From assembly GCA_937870635.1 (NCBI GenBank), contig CALMZP010000046.1:20832-84831 (forward strand): a stretch of DNA of 64,000 nucleotides, written 5' to 3'. A program made the position numbers and the translations under genes. Source of the stretch: an uncultured Acidobacteriota bacterium. Its GTDB lineage: Bacteria; Acidobacteriota; Thermoanaerobaculia; Gp7-AA8. The notes below the pieces were generated by a model. The model did no database searches. It had not been told where the DNA came from and saw only the letters and a list, made by a program, of their open reading frames with translations. Below, in pieces: positions 63,054-64,000 of this stretch (position 1 is its first letter; every line of letters starts with the position of its first letter).

Positions 63054-64000
63054 TCAGCACTGGCGTACCGTACGGAACTTTGCCCACACGTACGGATAGT
63101 TCCCGCGGAACCAGTTGCGGAAGCTGGGGCGCACGAGCTCGCGCGCCGTTGCCGGTGACGCGCCCTTCATCACGTAGTGCTGACCGTCGAAAAAGTCAGC
63201 AGAGTAGCGGCGATAGGTCGCCATCGGACGAAAGCCTTCGAAACCGTCGAAGACAGTCGACGTCCACTCCCATCCGTTGCCGATCAGGTCGTGGACTCCC
63301 CAGCGGCTCGCCGTATCGGGATGAGAGCCGACCGGGTCCGGATCGAATGAGGCGAAGTCGAAATTGCCGCCGCTCGCTCCGAGCGCCGCGCGGCCGTACT
63401 CCGCCTCCGAGGGCAATCGTCTCCCGCACCACCGCGCATACGCAGCTGCCTCGTCGTGCGTGACCCAGGCCGGCCAGTCGAGAGGAAGGGGCAGCATCTC
63501 GAACATACCTCGCCAGAACCACTCGCCATCGACCGCGCTCCAGAAGTGCGGGGCCTTCGCGCCGGTCGCGTTCATGTAAGCGAGGTACTCGCTGTTCGTG
63601 ACGCTGAATCGATCGATGTCGAACGTACGCACATGAACCACGCGCCGCGGAAACTCGTTGTCCCACCCGAACGAACTTCCGTCGGCGCCGAGGGTGACCG
63701 GCCCCGGCGGAATGCTGCACCCCCCGCTCCGCATGAGTCCCTTTTCACGCGGAGACGCGGACAGCGCGGAGTCACCGCCGATGACGTTCCTCTTTTTCGA
63801 ATACGGCAGGTTGTGAAACATGTAGAGCAGAGTCTCCTGATGCATCAGCTCATGCTCCACGATGTTGCTCGCCGCCTCGACCTCCACCGGATCGGTGTCG
63901 TCGAGGTTGAGGAGTGCGCGCTCGATGAGCGCGTCCGCCTCCTGGCCGTACCGCTGCACGTCCTCGCGCGATGGCCACATCTCCGCCGGATCGCGCACGG
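63054..64000 (-). CDS. EgtB/SUMF1-family non-heme-iron sulfoxide-synthase-like protein (DinB-like N-part + FGE-sulfatase domain); 5' end outside window
   Basis: HELMHQETLLYM (DinB_2-like), then GWDNEFP, VTNSEYLAYM, HDLIGNGWEWT, GASPAT. The ORF is open to the window edge. Confidence 0.7.
   Translation of the reverse strand, partial: VRDPAEMWPSREDVQRYGQEADALIERALLNLDDTDPVEVEAASNIVEHELMHQETLLYMFHNLPYSKKRNVIGGDSALSASPREKGLMRSGGCSIPPGPVTLGADGSSFGWDNEFPRRVVHVRTFDIDRFSVTNSEYLAYMNATGAKAPHFWSAVDGEWFWRGMFEMLPLPLDWPAWVTHDEAAAYARWCGRRLPSEAEYGRAALGASGGNFDFASFDPDPVGSHPDTASRWGVHDLIGNGWEWTSTVFDGFEGFRPMATYRRYSADFFDGQHYVMKGASPATARELVRPSFRNWFRGNYPYVWAKFRTVRQC

Overview
High-GC bacterial chromosomal segment. 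It looks like an Acidobacteriota-type genome: a VWFA-related acidobacterial-type secreted protein, two sigma-54 activators and a split F-type ATP synthase operon. I support about 60 protein-coding genes. They include atpF'FHAGDC, a kinase-like/NtrC pair, topA, metX, an ATP-dependent DNA ligase, mdh, guaD, an OPT transporter and a UvrA-family ATPase. Also present are a serB/serC-type/serA serine cluster, an Slt-type transglycosylase, a 1300-aa sigma-54 activator next to a retropepsin-like lipoprotein, and glmU-yvcK. Near the 3' end lie a GCS2 ligase, a GATase1-like gene, an ATP-grasp gene and an esterase, followed by an ABC-2 exporter, a SOD-family gene and a partial EgtB-like gene. I found no rRNA, tRNA, CRISPR array, transposase, integrase or phage genes. 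The ORF track counts GTG/TTG as start codons and reports maximal ORFs, so several starts were trimmed by hand. Many long track ORFs are antisense artefacts of the high GC content. The most unusual content is non-coding: three families of hairpin-forming repeats that sit almost always within about 25 nt downstream of a stop codon. Family (i) has eight loci, each an inverted repeat whose arms are tandem 7-nt (one 9-nt) units, with a different unit at most loci. Family (ii) is a REP-like family built on GTGGAG-CGCGGGCGA-NN-TCGCCCGCG-CTCCAC, with about 10 copies including a BIME-like cluster. Family (iii) is a MITE-like family starting ATCCCGAGCGAAGCGAGGGATCTCCGG. The main protein-level leads are the amidoligase / putative low-molecular-weight-thiol neighbourhood (55.3-64 kb), the giant sigma-54 activator, and a histidine-kinase-like protein with a degenerate ATP-binding domain. 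All functional calls come from motif recognition by eye; no searches were run.
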